Below, piece after piece: positions 24,197 to 36,827 of a DNA stretch of 64,000 nt; position 1 is the stretch's first letter, and every line of letters begins with the position of its first letter. Below the pieces are notes generated by a model. The model ran no database searches. It saw only the letters and a list, made by a program, of their open reading frames with translations, and was not told the DNA's origin. Source of the DNA: Marsupella aquatica (lineage: Eukaryota; Plantae; Marchantiophyta); contig OZ316895.1 of assembly GCA_973895155.1 (NCBI GenBank), forward strand, positions 11,148,184-11,212,183, in the 5' to 3' direction. A program made the position numbers and the translations under genes.

Positions 24197-25328
24197 CTAC
24201 ACTGCTGCCAAACACTCTCCCTCATACGAGCTATACTTAGCCTCTGTTGAATTGTTTGATCTACTGGCATAAGCCACAACAAACTCATTCCCCTCATCAT
24301 CCTTCTGAGTCAGCACTGCTCCAAGTCCTACTCCACTCCAATCAGTGTGTAGCTGAAATGGTTTGCCTGAAATGGGTCTTCTCAAAATAGGGGATGATGC
24401 CAACCTTTGCTTCAACTCCTGAAAGGGATGCTCCTGGTCATCACCCCAAATCCATTCCTGATCCAACTTAGTGAGTATGGTCAAAGGTTTAGCAAGCTGG
24501 CTAAATCCTTTAACATACATCCTGTAGTAGCTCGCCAATCCCAAGAATGCACGAACTCTACTCACATCAGTAGGACAAAGAATCTGTATAATGGCCTCCA
24601 CTTTAGTCTGCTGTACACCCAATCCCCCTGGGTATATAGTGTGGCCCAAATACTCAATCTGGTCTTGGAAGAACTTACACTTGCTAGGATGGAGCTTCAA
24701 CCCATGTGCTCTCAATCTCTCCAACACAATCTGCGAGTGTTGCTGATGTTCTTCCACGGTAGAAGAATAGACCAAAATATCATCAATATAACATCTGACA
24801 AAATCCAAACCTGCAAGGATTCGATCCATGACTCTCTGGAACTCAGTTGGTGCATTCTTCAACCCAAATGGTAAGAATAACCACTGATACAAACGATCTT
24901 TGCCAAAAGAATCAATGCCCCTGAATGTTGTCTTGGACCTGTCAGCATGCCTAATTGAAAGCTGATGGTACCCTGCCCTCAGATCCAATGAACTGAAAAC
25001 CTTTGCATGCCCCACAACATCAAAGATCTCCTCAAGTGTGGGCATGGCATATCTATCAGATTTTGTCTAGCGATTAATGGGTCTGTAATCACCACACATG
25101 CGCCTATCTATGTAATTGCCATGCACATCCTTCTTGGCTGGCATCAATCACTATGGCAGATGCATACTCCCCATATGAAATCTCCACCAATCCAGCCTCC
25201 AACAAATCTTGAATCAGAATCAGAGCTCTCTCCATGTCATTGTAACGGTATGGCCTACGAAAGATTAGCGCATCACTAGCCAATTCAATCTGAATACCAG
25301 GACCCTTTAATGTCCCCAAATCCTTCAT
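24197..25328 (-). pseudogene. Gypsy reverse transcriptase / RNase H
   Basis: FSSLDLRAGYHQ, PFGLKNAP, CYIDDILVYS, RAFLGLASYYR, TDWSGVGLGAVL, YSSYEGECLA. Confidence 0.95.
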
Positions 25329-25493
25329 GCTAAATGCTAAACAATTCCAGTAACTCTTTAGGAATCAATGCATGCAATGTCTCTCCTCCCCTGTCAACTT
25401 AGGGCCAAGTTGTGGTTCCCAACTCTCCACCAAATCCCTAATATCTCTTTGTAGGGTAGAAGAGATAGCCGATGATTGCTATTTAGCAGTAGA

Positions 25494-26762
25494 TTAAGCA
25501 GTCCCTTCCTGCTCAACAATCTGTCCAGCCTTGGCCAATCTTGCCATAGGTCCATAGGTCTGCTCGCCCCCAGTTGTGGTCAGTACTATCTCAGTGGACC
25601 GCAAGCTCACCAAGGGACAATCAGTAATTCTAGTAGAGCGCATCTTCAACTGTTTAGTTACTCCCAAGCTGATAATCCAAGTCAAACAATTCAGATCCAT
25701 TGCTTGACCAAGAACTTGGCGCCGCAAACCCTCTGACACAGAGGCAACTGCAGTGGTGCCAGTCAAAAATCCCATAGCACGCTCTCTCTCATCAGCAGTA
25801 GGCTCCACTAACTGCTGGAGAGCTATGTCCCACACAAGTCCAGGGCCACCTGCTCTGAATGCATATGAAGCAGAGTGGCTTACAAGACTGGGTAATGCAC
25901 AACGTGGGCGCCCAACTACATTGACCATTGCCAATGGAGGTCTATCAGGTTGGGTGACACCCTATGCATAACGCCCTGGATCCAAAATATCATCCACCAC
26001 TAAGGTTGGTGAGCGTGGAATGTTGTCAAATGCGCGCTTCAACACCTCACATGGGATCAAATTGGTCCACCACAAGCGTGGACGATGTGCACGAGAACCA
26101 ACATGTGCAGCATCCAATAACACAGTAGGTCCAATCCAAGACCTCACCTGGTGAACACTGGTAACAATCTGACTATGATCATCACCTAACAATGGCACAT
26201 TCTCCAAATTGTATGCTGGAGACTGTGTTTGATGTAACTGGAGATGACGCAGCACCCGTAACATCTCCCAAAACAATGCAGAGCGTGGATCATGAAGTCC
26301 ATGCCCAACGCTAGCTCTAGATTGGCCCTGACATGGCCAACCAGCAATCACCAAATCAATGGAGCCAACACGATGCAGATGATCTGCCCCCAGCAATGAA
26401 ATATCAACAGGTAGTGCATGCTGATAACCACGAACAACATCTACTGGCAGCAACTGTGGATATCTATCCACCAACATAGCCACATGTCGCAATGAGACCC
26501 TCCGTGCTATCTCATCTGTCTCCACATACAAATAACGATGCACAAGAATTCCTGCCTGAAGAACAGCAGCCAATCCAGTGCTAATCCCACCAAAAAGATC
26601 CAACAAACAAATACCCTCCAGTGGATACTGCCAAGCAATAGGAGTGGTATCCAATGGTGAAAGAGTCATAGGTCCATCTGCAAGAGACTGCTCTGCTCCT
26701 GATTGTGGTGTAAAAGCATGACGCCATGCATCATGTACCAATTGTGCTGCTGCCTGTGGCAA
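25494..26762 (-). pseudogene. C5-cytosine DNA methyltransferase (DNMT3-like) domain embedded in gypsy pol
   Basis: Motif I LDLFGGI, II YVETD, IV AGWPCQGQS, VI LENVP, VIII AHRPRLWWTN, then IX/X ERERAMGF...RRQVLGQAMD. A single in-frame TAG lies at 25962. Confidence 0.92.
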
Positions 26763-26995
26763 GGCCTATGCAGTGCCCCACACTGGTGGCACAACACTGC
26801 CAATAGGTAATCCTCACATGATGTGCTCCTCATGAGACCGGGCATGAGACTCCTCCAATGGTGGAACATCTGTTGCATGCGCATTACCCTCAATCAAATC
26901 ATCAGGTCCAGCAATTAGACCACTGAATGCTGCCAAAGACAATGGTGTGGATTTAGGGCCTCCCACAGGTCCACTAAATCTCATTGGAAATTTGC

Positions 26996-27393
26996 TCAAT
27001 CGAGCATCTCCTGATTGCCAACAGGTCTATATGACACTGATTCCTCCCAAAAATCAAGAATAAATCCCATGGGGTAGAGCACTGTACATCCCACCAACAC
27101 ATCATATGACTCTGCCTTAGTCAGAATAGCTCGCGCCTGTATTTTTGAGCTATCTGTGGTATGACCTTCATGAATCCTCAAATCAAGAGGTCTCCTGGTA
27201 ATGTGCTGTGTAGGTGTAGGTCCCCCCAATGAAGTCTGAATGGGAAAGGGACAATCCTCCAAATCCTCTAGACGCAATCCCAATCCACGTATGGCAGACT
27301 TACCCAACATCAAGGGCTGAGCACCAGTATCCAATAACACTCTCTCTGGCTGGTATATTGTCCCATAAGGCCCAACTAATCGGAAGATACCAC
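26996..27393 (-). pseudogene. Gypsy aspartic protease
   Basis: VLLDTGAQPL...YDVLVG. It is fused in frame upstream to unrelated transposase sequence at about 27394. Confidence 0.85.
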
Positions 27394-29178
27394 TCCGACC
27401 TTCTATCTCTTTCACCTGGAAAGTCTTCAAATACTCCTTGTAAGATGCAACCTCTTGAATCAATCGTGGTACATGATGAATGCTTTCACACTCCCAAACC
27501 TCAGCCATCAACCCCAAGAGGGTAGCAACCTCTTTGTATCTGACCTGTTTGGATACTTGAGAAAATAATGCATCCACATCTTCATGGGTGTGGCCAACCA
27601 TGAGGAATGACATTTGCACAGTTTCAAACACCCCCTACTAACAAGCTCAGTGCAAAATGCCATCACATACTGATCTTTCCCTGAATTGTCCATCTGCAAC
27701 GTTAGGTGCCTTGGTAAGGGCTTGAAAGAGCCCATAGTAGTCTCAGGATCATCCCTAGAACCAACATCCAGTGTGCTTGATTTTTGAGTCTCCTGACCAT
27801 CTTCAATGCCTTGAAATCGAACAATTGAAACATTTTTGGGTTCCAAGTAACCGGCCAGAAATGCTTCAAAGTCTAGAAGGGACTGAAATATTGGCCTGGT
27901 TGCATTCCAATTCAATCCTTCAAGAAGGTCTTCAGTTTTGTCTCCTGTGTAATCTTCCAAATCTCGAAGGCATTTGGCCAAAGATGTCACAGTAAAGTCT
28001 GTATCTCCAGGCCAAAATCCAGTCAAACTAAAATGTGCATACACTCCAGGATCTCTTCCATGGGTTAACATCCCAGTAAGAGCAATAGGCAGAGGCTGAC
28101 CACTACCAGAGAGGGATTTTGGAGTGGGGACCAACCTAGGAATCCAAGTCTTGGCTTGATCCATCTTATCGTGAATAATGCAAAGATAGTTTTGAGGATC
28201 CTTCTTTGCAAGAACCCTATGAGCATAATAAACATATCTTCTTGACATTTGTTCACAAAGATGTCGTGCTCTTTTCTCTTCAATCTTTGCACGCTCTTTT
28301 TTTCTCTTCTCCCGCATCAATTGATCTTTGAACTCAGTGCAAAATGTGCACTTGGCAAATGCACTTCCCTTGTGAAAGTCAAAATTATCAAATGAGTTTT
28401 TCCAGATGTTGTACATAGTAACTTCAGTAACCTTAGCAAACCCATCTAATTCCATCTTGGTAAACACCTCTTGGAAAATCTCCTTCTTAGTAAAACAAGA
28501 TGGGAGCCGATATTCAATAGTGTCGGTGCCGTTGGACCCACCATAGGGAAGATGTGGCATTGGTTCCCCATTTTGGATTATAATGGACTCCAACAAGGCG
28601 CGAGCGTGCAAAGTGCTTGATCGTGTCTTCCGTTGTCCATGATTTCCATGGAAACCAATTGTGCAACCGGCTTCGTATTGATTTTTGTAGTCATAATACT
28701 TTGTTGTACTGAACCCATGCATTTTAATAAATGCATCTTTACAAACCACACGTCCCTTTAGAACAAAAAATCCCTTTCTCTTGACTTGCTCCTCTCTACA
28801 CCCAAAGAGACTAAAGATGTGACTTGTTTTGTTGTCACTTGACATTCCATAGTATTCCCTCCTCATTGCTTCTAAATCCTCCCTAGGCATGTTCAAGCAA
28901 CACTTCAACTTGCAACAACCTTCTCTTTGGATGGAATCAATGGACTCCTCGGTAATTTTCAAAAGTACCCGTGACTCCAAATGCCTTTTCTTCTTTTCCT
29001 CAAGATCCACTTTTGTCCTCTTAATGAAATTGTATGGTCTTTTTGTAGGTTTACAATCACCATCCGAATCCGGATCGCCCTCAGTTTGACCTGACTCCAT
29101 CCACTTCGATGAAACTTCCTCAAGGATATCCCCAAGAAACCTTTGAGACGAATCAATAGAAGGGATTTGATTTCCCAC
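27394..29178 (-). pseudogene. Sola-like DDD transposase, frameshifted and 3'-truncated
   Basis: VCKDAFIKMHGFS, FAKCTFC, IIHDKMDQAK, LQMDNSGKD..YVMAFC and FLMVGHTHEDVDALFS, a pattern recalled from Sola-related eukaryotic transposases. Confidence 0.7.
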
Positions 29179-30110
29179 CTCACCAAGCCGGGGGTACCAA
29201 CACGGATATTTGGAAATAATTCAGGATCATTGATAGTCACAACAGCAACACCCACATGATCTGCACCAAGAAGCTCATCATCAACGGCACCTATTTCAAA
29301 TGGGATAGTGATAACACCTGTTGCAACCTTCCGACAACGAGAAGCGTCATACAAATCAACCTCCTCTACCATCCAGTTGGAACGTAGTGTAAAATCTTTT
29401 AATGGAAGATCATTGAATATGTCTGCGCTACCAGACACGCCAAAATCTTGTAGAGTGCCTTTTCTAGAAACATGTGCAACATCCCACATGACCCAGGTAT
29501 GCAAGGCCTCTTCTATTGTATCAGCTCCAGGGTGCGAGTAAGGCAATTTTTGATTTCCCTTAACAATATCAGATATTCATATATTGATACGACCAACACC
29601 TAGTCTTTCAGTATGACAAATATCCATCGGATTTGTCTTGAAAACGACTCCATTTGCAACCAACTCATCAAAAATGAGCATCTAAACTTCATCTCCTTCC
29701 TTGAACACCTCCTCTTCAACCCTCGCGTCAGATTTGGATTTATCATTTCCAGCATCTCTAGCCAAAGAGAAATCATCGACATTGATTCTCCGGCGAAGAG
29801 TTGATGACCTCAAGTATGCCAATGCACAATCCCAAATCACGCAGGAGTCAACTGCCTCAGCCAATGTAGAAAATTTTAGTGAAGGAAATGGAAGTTGACG
29901 CGATCCCTCAAAGCACTTTTTGATCAATACTCCAATTCGATTATCCCCGAGACAAATGTTCTGTATAGTATCCTGGGGGTCAACCTTTTGAACTATCCCA
30001 ATTGCCACTTCAAATCCTTCAATCACCAATGAAACTTCATCCCCTCGTGTAAAGTTGATCTGATGGCGGACTATCTGTATCCAAATCAAGTTAGAAATTG
30101 TTAAGTTCTT
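29175..30110 (-). pseudogene. Three tandem Tnp1/En-Spm-like (Transposase_23-type) domains upstream of the transposase
   Basis: A VAxG...LG...LP(F/Y)...T(L/I)xEA...VxWD pattern appears in ORFs 29682..30164 and 28959..29546 and the intervening frame. The third copy is partial. Confidence 0.55.
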
Positions 30111-30184
30111 GATGTTACGATCATGTTTCAAAATCAGGACTCTCCTCCAAAACATATTGTACAATCACTCAAAAACCCCAAATA

Positions 30185-30512
30185 AATTAAAGTTGGGTCG
30201 AACTTATTCCGACCCTCTGACAACAATATATCTTAAAATGATTGAATTGACTAACCATTTACAAGTCGGGTCGGAATTAGTTCGACCCTCCTCCAACAAT
30301 ATGTCTTTAAATGATTTAATTTACTAAACATTTACAAGTTGGGTCGGAATTAGTTCGACCCTCCAACAAGATGTCTTTAAATGATTTAATTTACTAAACG
30401 TTTACAAGTTGGGTCAGAATTAGTTCGACCCTCCTCCAACAAGATGTCTTTAAATGATTTAATTTACTAAACATTTACAAGTTGGGTCGGAATTAGTTCG
30501 ACCCTGCTCCAA
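30185..30512. repeat. Tandem repeat, 70-73-bp unit, about 5 copies, each with a GGGTCG(G)A...TCGACCC hairpin
   Basis: ATGTCTTTAAATGATTTAATTTACTAAACATTTACAAGTTGGGTCGGAATTAGTTCGACCC at 30301, 30371 and 30444, with degenerate copies upstream. Confidence 0.85.
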
Positions 30513-32456
30513 CTATTGGGTTGAAATTATCTCAAAACTATTTGTAGAACTATCTTGCTTGTGCTTGTATATACCAAATTAAAACGCTAGTCAAGATAAC
30601 ATAGTCAAGTCGGCACGAAATAATTCCGACCCACTTCTAGAAACTATGTTAGTAATCACACAAAGGGGTACAATAAGTTCTACACATGCTAGAGTGTGGA
30701 TAAAGGTCTAGATGGGTAGAATATATGATCTAGAGCCTAATGTGTAAATATTAATCTAGGTTTGGCTCAAAGGTATTACATTTGATTCAGATAAAATTGA
30801 GCTACTACTTCTAAGATAAATAAATAAAACCACTAACCTGCTCCACAAAATATATTTGCCCACCCTTGTACAAGCTGAATGGGTACCTAGCATGCCAGCA
30901 TTGTAACTCTTAGCACCATAGTGCTCACCAGTGCCCTTACTAAACCATGCATTCAACCATGTGGACCTAAACAAGGCACTGACTCGAACAGAGGAGAGTC
31001 AGTGACCGTACCAAGCATTATCTAAATGATAATGAACCAAAAAATGGATTGTGGGAGATCTATACTCACTTTTGAGAGGCAAAAAGCCAGCACATTACCC
31101 AACACACAAGTGGACACCAACAGATCAGGCACGGGTGGATCACGCACACACCCAGCACACAAGGTGGATAACGGAGAGATCAGCCGATCAGTCACAAGTG
31201 ATAGGTGAGTTGCGAGCGCACACCGCTGACAGCTTGCCAGTTGAAAGTTTAAATCGGACCTGAGATCAAGCGTGTCAGTGGTAGGTGAGTTGCGCGTTGT
31301 CGTACATCCATAGGTGAGTTGTGAGTGGTTAGATGCAGCGTTAGCGCGCATTGATGGCTTTGTACGTACATCTTCAATCCTTCCATTGCCTCCTCGCTCG
31401 AAGGGGGTATAGGAAGGCAGGCCTTGTGCTTGAGGCCTCATTTCCTTGCCTCCCTTTTCCCTCCTCTTTTTCCTCCTCTCTGGGCTCCTCTCTTGTCTCC
31501 TCACTCCCTGCCTCACTCTTGCCTCGCTCTTGGGCTCTTGTTTCCGCCTCGCTCTTGGGCTTTTGTTTTTGCCTCGCTCTTGGGCGTTTGTTTGCGCCTT
31601 GCTCCCTTCCTTTTTGGGTCGCTCACCCAGTCATTGTTTGCCTGGCCTGTTGGTTCCCTCTTAGTGCCCTCTTGTAGCCTGTGGCCTTCTCCTTTGCTGC
31701 CATGTGTCATTTTAAATCTCACCCGTCCGTTACAATGTCTACTTCCTCTAGTTCTAGAGCTTCCACCACCTCTGCCAATTCTGGAGAGTCATTGAACTTC
31801 AATTATAACTCTGTGTATAATATGACCCCGAAGACCCAGATGTCCAAAAATTGGTTAACAATGCGTTGGAGGCGTCAAAGAAAGCCCAATTAACTTTTCC
31901 ACGTAAGGCACCACCTACTTCAACTTCTTGCCTCGCCCTTAGGGCGAGGCAACTTTACTTTAATTTGGATTCCTCAATAGGAAAGTTTTCTATATTACTT
32001 TTGCAACCGCCTCGCCCCGAGGTTGAGGCGACATCTACTTCATTCTAGATTTCTTGTTGCTCCAAGGGCGTAATGGACGTTGTCTCTTACTTTAATCAAG
32101 GATCTTTAGCTATATTCCATTTTGTGCCTCGCTCTCAGGGCGAGCCAATCTCTATTTCATTATGGAAACTTTAGTTATATTCTATTTGTTGCCTCGCCCC
32201 AAGGGTGAGGCGATGTCGTATGCATTCCTAATATTTGATTGTTTGGATGGGGTGGCCGGGCTAATATCACCAATAGCAAAGAAGCTTTTGCAAAATATTC
32301 CATATTCAATGTTAAAAATATGATGTTGACCATTTTGTTTTCAATGTTTCTTATCAGGAAAAAATCTTGAGAAGCCGGAGTTAAATATAGGATATCAAGG
32401 ACTTTGTTTTCCCTGGCCAAGATACTCCATGATTTAGATGGGCACTAGAAGTTGGG

Positions 32457-33893
32457 GTGTCGGCGGAAGGCAGTCTCTTGATTTCTTTCAAGGGCCTCAC
32501 AAGTCAATCATTGAATGACTGCAAGACAATTGTTACTCTAGGTCCAGTCGTCCTTGTGAACACAGACAACAACCGCAATGCAACAATTATTGTTGAGTCC
32601 AGTGAGAAACCCCAGTGGATGAAACTTCTTGTGCCAATAAAACTCTACTCAACTTTACTTAATGTTGAGTGGAAGGCTCGATTGGAGATAAGCGTAGCTG
32701 ATATGGGATTCTTCCCGGATGGGGTAACAATTGATCAGATGTTTGAGAAGACTCGTTCTCAAATAAGTGGAGTTGACCTGGTGTTCGGATTTCTATATGT
32801 AAAGAAGCACATGCATGACAATCCAGACAGTGTGGACCCTCCATCTACTTGGAGAGTTCAAAGGATGATTGAGAAGGCACATTTCTCATATGAGCAGGCA
32901 ATCGACAAGAGTTTCATTTTTTGTCCAGAGTTTCAAGAGGCCGCATGCCGGACGTGGATTTCAGAGATGAAGAAAAAAGAAGCAAAGCATAAGGCAAAAG
33001 AGAGAAAGAAGACAGTGGAAAGAAGTGCACAATCAAAGACAGAGAAGAAACGGAAGCTTCTAGAGCCAGTTGTGCAAGAAGAGAAACAATCTGGGACTTC
33101 ATGCCGTAAGAAGATGGCTTCAAAAAAGGATGACGATGAGGGTCCAAAGAAAAAGCAGACAAAGAAGGCAAAGGTTGCAAGATCAAAACCAATGCGAGCG
33201 TCGACATCAAACTTTGTCTTGCATCCAGAGGATGATAGGTGTCCAACAGAAGGACCCAAAGAAGATGATGTGCTCAAAGGCCAAGAAGTTTTGCATAATA
33301 TTGAGCAATATTATACTTTTGGCATCCGCAAAATTTTTGATATTCCTGTCAAAAGTATTATTCCGCCATCGGCCATTTTTGTATATCGAATGTTCAATCA
33401 TTCGCATGCAATGGAGATATCCAAGTCTATGATGAAAAACCCTGGACAAGAACCACAAGTTGCTGATTTGATTTCGTATCGCGAGAGCACTCAACAGTTG
33501 CTTCATTATGACAACACACCTCAAGATAGGAAAGAGTTTTTGATTGGTGTGAAGAAGCAGGAGATCCAATTCCTTGCCATCAGTGGCCAGCATTCTGCAA
33601 GAGCTGCCCAATGGATCCAAGGGTGGGCCGACACTGATGCCAAGTTGACAGATCTAGCCAACAAACTAAAGTATAGGAAAGCAAGGATCCTATCTGACCT
33701 CACTTCGAAGACAATTTTGGTTGAGCATTCAAGTTTATCGAACGCTGTGAATAATACTATGCAATTTAAGTCTTGTTTTTTAGAGACTATTGTTCATGCA
33801 AGAAGGCAATTTGAGGAGTGCGGGAAACCGCCACGTCCAGGGATTGGGACCAATCAAAATACAGACAGGAAAAACTATCACATATATTTTTGA
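32457..33893 (+). CDS. TE cargo protein exon with ParB/Srx-like motif
   Basis: 478-aa ORF with a K-rich linker, then FDIPVKSII...YRMFN...FLAISGQHSARA resembling the ParB-like GxHR motif. Confidence 0.55.
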   Translation: MSAEGSLLISFKGLTSQSLNDCKTIVTLGPVVLVNTDNNRNATIIVESSEKPQWMKLLVPIKLYSTLLNVEWKARLEISVADMGFFPDGVTIDQMFEKTRSQISGVDLVFGFLYVKKHMHDNPDSVDPPSTWRVQRMIEKAHFSYEQAIDKSFIFCPEFQEAACRTWISEMKKKEAKHKAKERKKTVERSAQSKTEKKRKLLEPVVQEEKQSGTSCRKKMASKKDDDEGPKKKQTKKAKVARSKPMRASTSNFVLHPEDDRCPTEGPKEDDVLKGQEVLHNIEQYYTFGIRKIFDIPVKSIIPPSAIFVYRMFNHSHAMEISKSMMKNPGQEPQVADLISYRESTQQLLHYDNTPQDRKEFLIGVKKQEIQFLAISGQHSARAAQWIQGWADTDAKLTDLANKLKYRKARILSDLTSKTILVEHSSLSNAVNNTMQFKSCFLETIVHARRQFEECGKPPRPGIGTNQNTDRKNYHIYF

Positions 33894-34261
33894 GCAAGGC
33901 AATCTATTCTTGATTCCCTTTGATTAAAGATTGGGGTAGAGGTTTGCCTCACCCTTAGGGCGAGGCTACCTTGTCTTGTTTTCCTTGGTTAGAATATTAA
34001 AGCAAATGCTTGCCTTGCCCTGAGGGCGAGGCAACCTTGACTAGTCTCTCTAAGAATATTGCTTGAGTTCCATTTCTGTCAATTGCGGTTGGATGTAGAA
34101 GTTTGCCTTGCCCTTAGGGCGAAGCGGCCTAGCCCGTTTCAAACATCTAGATATAAACTTTCTACCATATGCATTGTACCCTAAAACTAATGTCAAGTCC
34201 ATTGGATATGCAGAATTGGGTTTCCCTGGCAAAGGTCACAATGGGGAAGTCAAACCTGAAG

Positions 34262-36483
34262 AGCATTTACTGGTTACTTTTTGCCGAGGATGAGCTCTTT
34301 GAATTATGGCGGAATGTGTGTGGAGAATGGTTGAGTGGGAAGCTCCAAGATAGCGCTGGTGGGTATGGAGGGCCAAGACCCCCAAAATCAATCGTCCTGT
34401 GTACCTTTTGATGCTTTGAAGGAGAGATTAGTAGTGAACAAATAATTGAGATCTTGAAGGACGTTCAAGAGGAGCGTGCCTTGATGAAGAAGGATATCAC
34501 CAACAAATCAGAGCTTGTCGCAATGGGAGACTTGGCACTTACAATCAAGATAATGTCCAAACTAAGAACTATCATTACTGGCTATTTTGTGGAAAAGTAT
34601 CGTGAGAAGTTTCCTGTTGGCACATCTTAGGAGTCTCTAGTGACGTTGTTGCCTTCCTTGAAATCTGAGCTTGAGATGACGAAGTTGAGGAGAGCAGCGG
34701 GTGAGGTTACCTCAACAATTTGTTGAAGAAGAACGTGGTCAAGGAGAGTTTCCCGCAAAGTCTGATGGTCAGACTAGATGGGTTGTATTGTAAAGAATTT
34801 GGTGGGATTGGTCGTTCCCGCACGGAGCCTTTCTTGATATTATTTAGTGATAATTTGATGAAGACGACCAGGCCAGAGATGCTACAAGAGCCTTCGCCTT
34901 TGTGTCCTCTTGCCATTGTTGACTTCAATAGGCTCCGACAACATGTTTGGACTGATTCTGAAATTATTGCATTACTGCAATACATTGTGGATCTTCCAAG
35001 AAATCCAAGTTGTCATGACTGTGCATCCAGGGCCACTTGCTGCAAACATTTTGAGTGCCCTTAGGAAATTGCAGCATGAAAATGGAATGGACATCCACGT
35101 TGATTACGGGAGCTATCGACGGAGTGATACACCAGTTCCAGAGGGCTTACTTTTCAATTGTGGTATGGAGGAGATAATCTTTGCAGGAATCACCACTGAG
35201 GAGAAATTTGATTGGAAGCAAGTGTTCAGGCCTGGATTTAATTGCCAATTTTCTTACAATTTGGCGATAGACCCTGATTTCCAAGTGGGAGACAAGATGG
35301 AGAAGCGAGATAAGAATAAGAGTAAGACAAGTAAGGAGACAGAGGCCGAGTCAACTACGACATTTCACATTGGAGATTTCTTGCGAAAGGCTCCCATGTT
35401 TGAGATGGTGGGAAGTAGAGGTGGCTTTGTGAATATTCACGCTAAGCCAAAATGTATGCTGCAACGTATTATTGAATTTTTTTTTACTGAAGGGAAAACT
35501 ATCCTTGACTTTTTCTCGGGAGGACGGTTATGAAGGTGTCCTTGTTGTGTTTCAGAGAATGCTTTGCGTATTCAGACACTGAGGATGAATATGATTTCAC
35601 TCAAGCATATGGAAGGGTTCTTTGCGATAAGGTTCCTTCCATAATGAGTCACGGGATGGGCGGTTCCAAATTTGGCAGATCCTACGATGTGGTTTCCAAG
35701 CGTGTTGGCGCCAAAGAAGGCGTAGAGCAGGGTGAAGATGAGATTGAGGAAGGAGAATTGGGTCACGACACAAACAACAGGGTCACCAAAAATTTGGATG
35801 AACGTGGAACACAAGTGGTAGGTACTCCCTACTTTGGTGTGGGGTTGACAGATGTTGTGGGTCGACCTGAGGGCGACCCACCAAAAGATCCCTTTGCCGG
35901 TGTAGAGAATTGGATGCACCAATCGGACCCAGATCTTACATCGTCCACATTGGACGCACAATGGAAAGCAACCGTAGGTGATCTAGGCAATATTGGCGGA
36001 GTAGAATTGGAAGAAATGCCAGACATTGTGCTTGCAAAGGAGGATGATCGCCAAGTGCCTGAGACCGCAGCACATGAAGAAGAGAAGGCAGGTGCTTCAA
36101 CTCCTCCCCTGTCTCCTCTATATTGCTCATCAGGGAGTAAATTGGTTTTTACAAGTGCTTCTACAAGAAGCCCTGTAGTATTATCATTTTCACAAAATTC
36201 TGGATCCAAGATAGGCAGGACTGGATATATGAAAACAGCCCGTCGTGCAACTCATTTCATATGGAGAAATGGACCAAAGGTTGGAATGATAGAATCACTA
36301 GACGAAGGTCCAAAGATAATGGCAAAATCAGATTACAAAAAAATGAACTTGAGATTGAGCCCAGTTTTTGCACCCCCATCCTTTGAAGAGCAACTTCCCG
36401 GTGGCATCAACTCTGAGATACAGAGTGTTCTAGGTGATCAAACGATAGATGAATTTGGGCATTTTAACATAGGAAATTATTAG
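34262..36483 (+). pseudogene. Continuation of the cargo gene with a degenerate N4/N6 (beta-class) DNA methyltransferase-like C-terminus
   Basis: AKPKCMLQRIIEFFFTEGKTILDFFSGG resembles the KP..L...I....GD.VLDPFxGSG SAM-binding region. Several frameshifts and stops; no intact DPPY/SPPY seen. Confidence 0.5.
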
Positions 36484-36827
36484 CCTTTTCTTTGGTTCTT
36501 GGTATTTTAATGACAATCTAAGCTTTATCTTTGTAATAATATACTTTTTTACAGACCAAAGTTGCGTCGTAGAATCTCCTTCCTCAAATGATTTTAATGG
36601 CATTCCCTCGGAAAGCGTTGCTGTGGAGGAAGGGTTTGACCCAGGTATACCTTGGATCTAAAAAATAGCAAATTTTGAATGTAATTGTTTTTCTAGGAGG
36701 GTCGCCCCAGGGTCGTTCCTCTCTCCTTCAAATGTTATAACAAAGTTTGTTTGATTTCAAATTTTGAGATCTTTCCTTGATAGTAATTGTTTAAACTTTG
36801 AGTCACATTGACTAAGGGATTATTTTA

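Noticed and set aside
25494-26762. Bacterial restriction-modification methylase or contaminant, or a host DRM gene
   Set aside because: It is colinear within retroelement pol, has no cognate nuclease, and shows the canonical rather than the DRM-permuted motif order.
26996-27631. Apparent transposase-protease fusion protein
   Set aside because: It is most simply a chance in-frame deletion junction at about 27394 between the Sola-like transposase and the gypsy protease. Both partners are truncated there.
30185-30512. CRISPR-like appearance (regularly spaced palindromic repeats)
   Set aside because: The intervening sequences are near-identical rather than unique spacers, there are no cas genes, and the context is eukaryotic.
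31022-31795. Overlapping ORFs on both strands in a CT-rich tract
   Set aside because: Low-complexity sequence lacking stop codons, with no recognisable domain.
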